From Candidatus Saccharimonadota bacterium (GTDB lineage Bacteria; Pseudomonadota; Gammaproteobacteria; Enterobacterales; Enterobacteriaceae), in assembly GCF_004296515.1 (NCBI RefSeq), contig NZ_AP018160.1, forward strand, positions 30,001 to 62,000: a DNA stretch of 32,000 bases, read 5' to 3'. Numbering within the stretch: position 1 is the first letter of the stretch; every line of letters starts with the position of its first letter. A program made the position numbers and the translations under genes. The notes under the pieces were generated by a model. The model ran no database searches. It saw nothing but the letters and a program-made list of their open reading frames with translations, and had not been told where the DNA came from. This document shows, piece after piece, positions 27,516 to 32,000 of the stretch.

Positions 27516-30281
27516 TTATTCAAACATATCAATTTGTTTATTTAAAATATTATTATTTAATTTATTAGATTTTTTTATATATACATCCAAATTATTGATT
27601 TCTTTATTTTTATCTATTTTTAATGAATTAAATAATCCATTCTCTATTAATATTTCTATAGATTTTTTATTTAAAAAATTTTTATCTATTCTTATACATA
27701 AATCTAATACACTTTTATAATATCCATTTTTGATTCTATCATTAATTATTTCTGTAATTAAATTTTTATTCAATCCTTTTATAGTTCCTATTCCGTATTC
27801 TATATTATTATTTTTATTTACATAAAAATCATATTTACTTGAATTAATATTTAAATTAATAATATTTATATTCATATTTTTACATTCAGAAATTAAATTA
27901 TTTATTTTTTCATAATTATTCATATTAAAAGTCATTACTTCAGACATAAATATAATAGTATAATTTGATTTTAACCATAACATTTGATATGTTATTAATG
28001 CATAAGATGCTGAATGAGATTTATTAAATCCATATCCAGAAAATTTTTCTATTAAATCAAATATTTTACTTGATAATTCTTTATTTATTCCATTATTTAA
28101 AGCTCCATTTATAAATTTTAATTTATGTTTTTTCATTTCATAGTAATTTTTACTACTTATAATTTGTCTTAGAATATCTGCTTCAGATAATGAATAATTA
28201 GAAAAAATTTGTGCTATTTTTATTATTTGTTCTTGATATAAAATTATTCCATATGTTGGTTTTAATATATTTATTAATAATTCATGTTCTAAATTTTTAT
28301 ATGGATAATAAACTTTTTCTAAATTATTTCTTCTATTAATAAAATCATCAACCATACCAGATTTTAGTGGTCCTGGTCTAAATAACGCTATTAAATCTAT
28401 TATATCTTTAAATGTGTTTGGTTTTAATTTTTTTATTAATTTTTTTATTCCTTTTGATTCTAATTGGAATATTCCAGTTGTTTTACATGAAATAAGCATA
28501 TCAAAACTTAATTTATCATCTAAAGATATATAATTTATATTAACTATTTTTTTATATTTTACTTTTATGTTATTTATAATATTATTTATAATAGTTAATG
28601 TTTTTAATCCTAAAAAATCAAATTTAACTAATCCAATTTTTTCTATACTTTTTTTATCAAATTGTGTTAATACATTAGAATCATCATAATATAATGGCAT
28701 AAATTTAGTTATTTTATAAGGTGATATAACTAATCCTCCAGAGTGTTTTCCTATATTTCTTACATATCCTTCTAATTTTTTCGATATATTTATTATTTTT
28801 TTTATTTCCTTATCATTTTCATATAAATCTTTAAATTTTTTTTCTTTTTTAATTAATTCATTTAATGTTATTTTAGAATTAAAAGGTATAGATTTCGATA
28901 TATTATTAATAAAATTAAATGTATATCCTAATACTCTTCCTACATCTTTAATAACTGATTTAGCTGTCATACAATTAAATGTAATTATTCTAGATACAAA
29001 ATCTTTTCCATATAATTCTATAACATGATTTATTACCATATCTCTTTTTTCTACACAAAAATCTATATCAAAATCTGGCATAGATATTCTATTTGGATTC
29101 AAAAATCTTTCAAAAATTAAGTCAAAAAGTATTGGATCTAAACATGTTATATTAAGAGAGTAAGATACTAATGAACCTGAACCAGATCCTCTACCTGGAC
29201 CTATTGGTATATTATTTTCTATAGCCCATTTTGTAAATTCATTAACTATTAAAAAATACCCAGTAAAACCCATATTATTTATAATATTTAATTCTTTATT
29301 TAATCTTTCTTCGTAAAAATTTATTTTATCTTTATATAAATTAATATTATTATATTCAACTTTTAATCTATTTTTTAATCCTTTATAACTTAAATTAGTT
29401 AATATTTTTTTACAATAATTTTCATCTATATTAAACTTAGGTAAAAATCTCTTATTAAATTTTAAAAAAACATTACATCTTTTAGATATTTCTACTGAAT
29501 TAGAAATAACTTCTGGAATATCAGAAAAAATATTATTTATGTCATCTTTACTTTTAAAAAATTGTTCACATGTATATTTTGTTAAATTATCAGATATAGA
29601 TTTATTATTATGTATAGAAACTTTTATAGCATGAAAATAAAAATCTTTTTTACTTAAAAATCTTACTTCATTAGTTGCTACTATTGGTAATTTATAATAT
29701 TTAGATATTTTTAATGCATTATATATATGTAATTCTTCATTTTTTTTTTTGATTCTTGATATTTCAATATAAAATCTATTATTAAAATATTTTTTATAAA
29801 ATTTTATATCATTATGAATTTTATCTAAATCATTATTTAATATATTAATTCCCAAATAACTATTTATATTTCCATATAATATTAATAATTCTTTATTATA
29901 TTTAACTAGTAATTTTTTATTTATTATAGGATAATTACTTTTTTTTTTATTTTTATAAGAATCAGATATTAATAAAATTAAATTTTTATATCCTATATTA
30001 GATAAACAAAATATTGTAATTTTATTTAAATTTTTAAAATTATTAAATTTATTTATATTAAAATCTTCAAGTAGGTAAAAATCAGAACCAATTATAGGTT
30101 TTATTCCATTAAAACAACAACTTTTATAAAATTCTATTACTCCAAATAAGTTAGAAAAATCATTTATGGCTATAGATGAATAATTAAATTTATTAGCTAA
30201 ATTTATTAAATCATCTATTTTAATTAAACTATCAAATATAGAATATTCACTATGTATATTTAAATGAACAAATTCATTCAT
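27516..30281 (-). CDS. dnaE: DNA polymerase III alpha subunit, 921 aa, ending at the internal beta-clamp-binding motif
   Basis: PHP domain start FVHLNIHSEYSIFDS. Also GPGRGSGSGSLVSYSLNIT, MPDFDIDFC, HSGGLVISP, FDFLGLKTLT, RPGPL and FNKSHSASYAL. All are colinear with E. coli DnaE through to the C-terminal QIDMFE. Confidence 0.95.
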   Translation of the reverse strand: MNEFVHLNIHSEYSIFDSLIKIDDLINLANKFNYSSIAINDFSNLFGVIEFYKSCCFNGIKPIIGSDFYLLEDFNINKFNNFKNLNKITIFCLSNIGYKNLILLISDSYKNKKKSNYPIINKKLLVKYNKELLILYGNINSYLGINILNNDLDKIHNDIKFYKKYFNNRFYIEISRIKKKNEELHIYNALKISKYYKLPIVATNEVRFLSKKDFYFHAIKVSIHNNKSISDNLTKYTCEQFFKSKDDINNIFSDIPEVISNSVEISKRCNVFLKFNKRFLPKFNIDENYCKKILTNLSYKGLKNRLKVEYNNINLYKDKINFYEERLNKELNIINNMGFTGYFLIVNEFTKWAIENNIPIGPGRGSGSGSLVSYSLNITCLDPILFDLIFERFLNPNRISMPDFDIDFCVEKRDMVINHVIELYGKDFVSRIITFNCMTAKSVIKDVGRVLGYTFNFINNISKSIPFNSKITLNELIKKEKKFKDLYENDKEIKKIINISKKLEGYVRNIGKHSGGLVISPYKITKFMPLYYDDSNVLTQFDKKSIEKIGLVKFDFLGLKTLTIINNIINNIKVKYKKIVNINYISLDDKLSFDMLISCKTTGIFQLESKGIKKLIKKLKPNTFKDIIDLIALFRPGPLKSGMVDDFINRRNNLEKVYYPYKNLEHELLINILKPTYGIILYQEQIIKIAQIFSNYSLSEADILRQIISSKNYYEMKKHKLKFINGALNNGINKELSSKIFDLIEKFSGYGFNKSHSASYALITYQMLWLKSNYTIIFMSEVMTFNMNNYEKINNLISECKNMNINIINLNINSSKYDFYVNKNNNIEYGIGTIKGLNKNLITEIINDRIKNGYYKSVLDLCIRIDKNFLNKKSIEILIENGLFNSLKIDKNKEINNLDVYIKKSNKLNNNILNKQIDMFE

Positions 30282-30287
30282 TTTATT

Positions 30288-32000
30288 TTACCATTTTTTG
30301 TTTATACTAAATTGAAATTTTTCCATTTTTTCATAAGGAGAACATTTTAATATAGGAATAATATAAGAAAAATTAATTAATCCTGTTGAAGAAGCTATTC
30401 TAAATGTTAAACCAGTAGATAGATGTACATGTCTCATATATTCATATTCAAAAATATTAATAAATGATTCTAATAAATTATCTATTTCTTTTTTAGATTG
30501 AATTTCAAATCCAAAATCCATAAAATAAGATAGACGAGCAATATTATTATATTTATAACCTAATAAAGTTTCTGTAGGTATACATAATTCATTTTTTATA
30601 ATTATTTTAATATCACTAAATATATTATCTCTTTCTAATATAGAACTATCTATATAATTTACACATTCAAAAACATAGTCACTTGGATCTTCTTTAAAAC
30701 CTCTAACTAAATCTATTTTATCTAAATAAAAATAATTATAAAATGGAATATTTTTTTTAAATAAATTACATATTGAATATATTTGAGTTTTATTAAAAAA
30801 TGTTAAATTCATGAAATCAAGATTTGTAAAATAATTTTCAAATGTAATATTACATATGTAATATTTATTATCTGATATTAAAGGTAATGTAGATTTACAA
30901 TTTAATGTAAATTTTTTTCCATTTGTAGGAAAAATATTATGATTTAAACTGTCATAATTAAAAGATGCAAAAAATAAAAAATCATATGATTTATTTAATA
31001 TAGGTAAAAATCTATTATAAATTTCTTCATTATCTAAAAAGAAATCTTTTAGAAAACTTAAACTAATTACTTCATCAAATATAAAATAATCATAATAATT
31101 AACTTTTGTTTCATTTATATGAAATATTAATTCATAATCAGACCAAAAAGAATTATACATAGGTAAATTTATAAAATTAGAAATTCCATAATTAATATTT
31201 AGTAAACTATAATATTCATTTTCTTTTAAAAAACTAGAATAAAATATTTTACTACCAGATTTTATTCTTTCATCATTAAAAAAATATGGATCACTAATTA
31301 TAAACTCTACATTAGCTTTATCTTTATTATAATTAATAATTAATGATATTAAACTATTTTTACATAAAAAATTACTTTTTATAAAATCAAGTTTAATATT
31401 TGGATTATAATTTTCATTTAAACTTAAACCTACCTTAAATCCACTAGTATTCATTTCACTTATATCAAATAATAAATCAACTAATTTAGTACTACTAATA
31501 TTATTTTCTAAAGATATAGTTTTAACATCTATTTTTTTAAATAATTTTAATTTATTTAATCTATCAACATCATCACATATTAAATTAATATTTAATGTAG
31601 AAAATTCAGATTGATATATTTCTCTTCTTATAACTTTATCTAATGTATTATTATTACCACTTATTAATATATTTCTTACATTAAATTTATAATTACATAT
31701 AATATTAAATTTTAATTTTTTTTTATCAGTATTATCTATATTAACTATCTTAGTATTAATCATTGGAAATGAATATCCCTTACTAATTAAGAAATCTTTT
31801 ATTTCATTTTTTATTTTTTTTATTTTTTTAATATTAAATACTTTTTTATGTAAATATTTATTTAAAATATTATTTAAGCTATCATAATAACAAGAATCAA
31901 AATCACCAACTAATTCAAAATCATTTATACTATATTTATTACCTTCATATATATATAAATTAATAAATACTTTACTTTTATCTTCTGAAAATGTAATTTT
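30288..32000 (-). CDS. bamA: Outer-membrane protein assembly factor BamA (Omp85), partial: C-terminal 570 codons; the N-terminus lies beyond the right window edge
   Basis: I translated 31764-32000 in the same frame as the 491-aa track ORF and found no stop. It reads KITFSEDKSKVFINLYIYEGNKYSINDFELVGDF...ISKGYSFPMINTK, so the ORF runs off the window and the track's Met at 31763 is internal. POTRA-like repeats are present, including IRREIYQSE. The barrel motifs VRGF and the C-terminal EKFQFSINKKW match E. coli AEQFQFNIGKTW. Confidence 0.92.
   Translation of the reverse strand, partial: KITFSEDKSKVFINLYIYEGNKYSINDFELVGDFDSCYYDSLNNILNKYLHKKVFNIKKIKKIKNEIKDFLISKGYSFPMINTKIVNIDNTDKKKLKFNIICNYKFNVRNILISGNNNTLDKVIRREIYQSEFSTLNINLICDDVDRLNKLKLFKKIDVKTISLENNISSTKLVDLLFDISEMNTSGFKVGLSLNENYNPNIKLDFIKSNFLCKNSLISLIINYNKDKANVEFIISDPYFFNDERIKSGSKIFYSSFLKENEYYSLLNINYGISNFINLPMYNSFWSDYELIFHINETKVNYYDYFIFDEVISLSFLKDFFLDNEEIYNRFLPILNKSYDFLFFASFNYDSLNHNIFPTNGKKFTLNCKSTLPLISDNKYYICNITFENYFTNLDFMNLTFFNKTQIYSICNLFKKNIPFYNYFYLDKIDLVRGFKEDPSDYVFECVNYIDSSILERDNIFSDIKIIIKNELCIPTETLLGYKYNNIARLSYFMDFGFEIQSKKEIDNLLESFINIFEYEYMRHVHLSTGLTFRIASSTGLINFSYIIPILKCSPYEKMEKFQFSINKKW

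Noticed and set aside
31761-31763. ATG proposed by the track as the bamA start (491-aa protein)
   Set aside because: The same frame remains open upstream to base 32000 and encodes POTRA-like sequence. This Met is therefore internal and the gene is truncated by the window edge.

Overview
This window is a densely packed, extremely AT-rich stretch of a reduced gammaproteobacterial genome. GroEL, GroES, CspC, UvrD, MepM and BamA align closely with my memory of the E. coli proteins, so it looks Enterobacterales-like, of the type seen in obligate insect endosymbionts such as Buchnera, Wigglesworthia or Blochmannia. I cannot assign the exact taxon by eye. The standard bacterial code applies: TGA serves as a stop in ATGA overlaps and TGG encodes Trp. 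I can support 26 protein genes, all core housekeeping: groEL (partial), groES, dnaB, a MarR-family regulator, tilS, uvrD, a Cof-type HAD phosphatase, metG, smpB, bamE, grpE, ung, lepA, lepB, rnc, aspS, ruvC, mepM, glyQ, glyS, hisS, der, tsaB, cspC, dnaE and bamA (partial). RNA genes are tRNA-Phe(GAA), tRNA-Ile(GAU), a 16S rRNA not followed by 23S, and tmRNA (ssrA). Essentially every base is accounted for, and the largest spacer is about 200 nt. I see no mobile elements, CRISPR, toxin-antitoxin, defence or biosynthetic islands, and no credible evidence for a novel multi-gene system. The points worth a second look are architectural. dnaE ends one codon after its internal beta-clamp-binding motif, so the OB-fold and tau-binding domains are absent. 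smpB, ssrA and metG are packed with 6- and 8-nt spacers, and the predicted tmRNA tag has a non-canonical C-terminus. tilS reads 59 nt into the antisense of tRNA-Ile. A MarR regulator is retained. The BamE homologue has no cysteine. ruvC sits alone where ruvAB would be expected. Ten genes from lepA to der run head to tail with no room for promoters. Shine-Dalgarno motifs survive only at chaperone and stress genes. All comparisons to E. coli sequences, lengths and gene order are from memory and need alignment to confirm.
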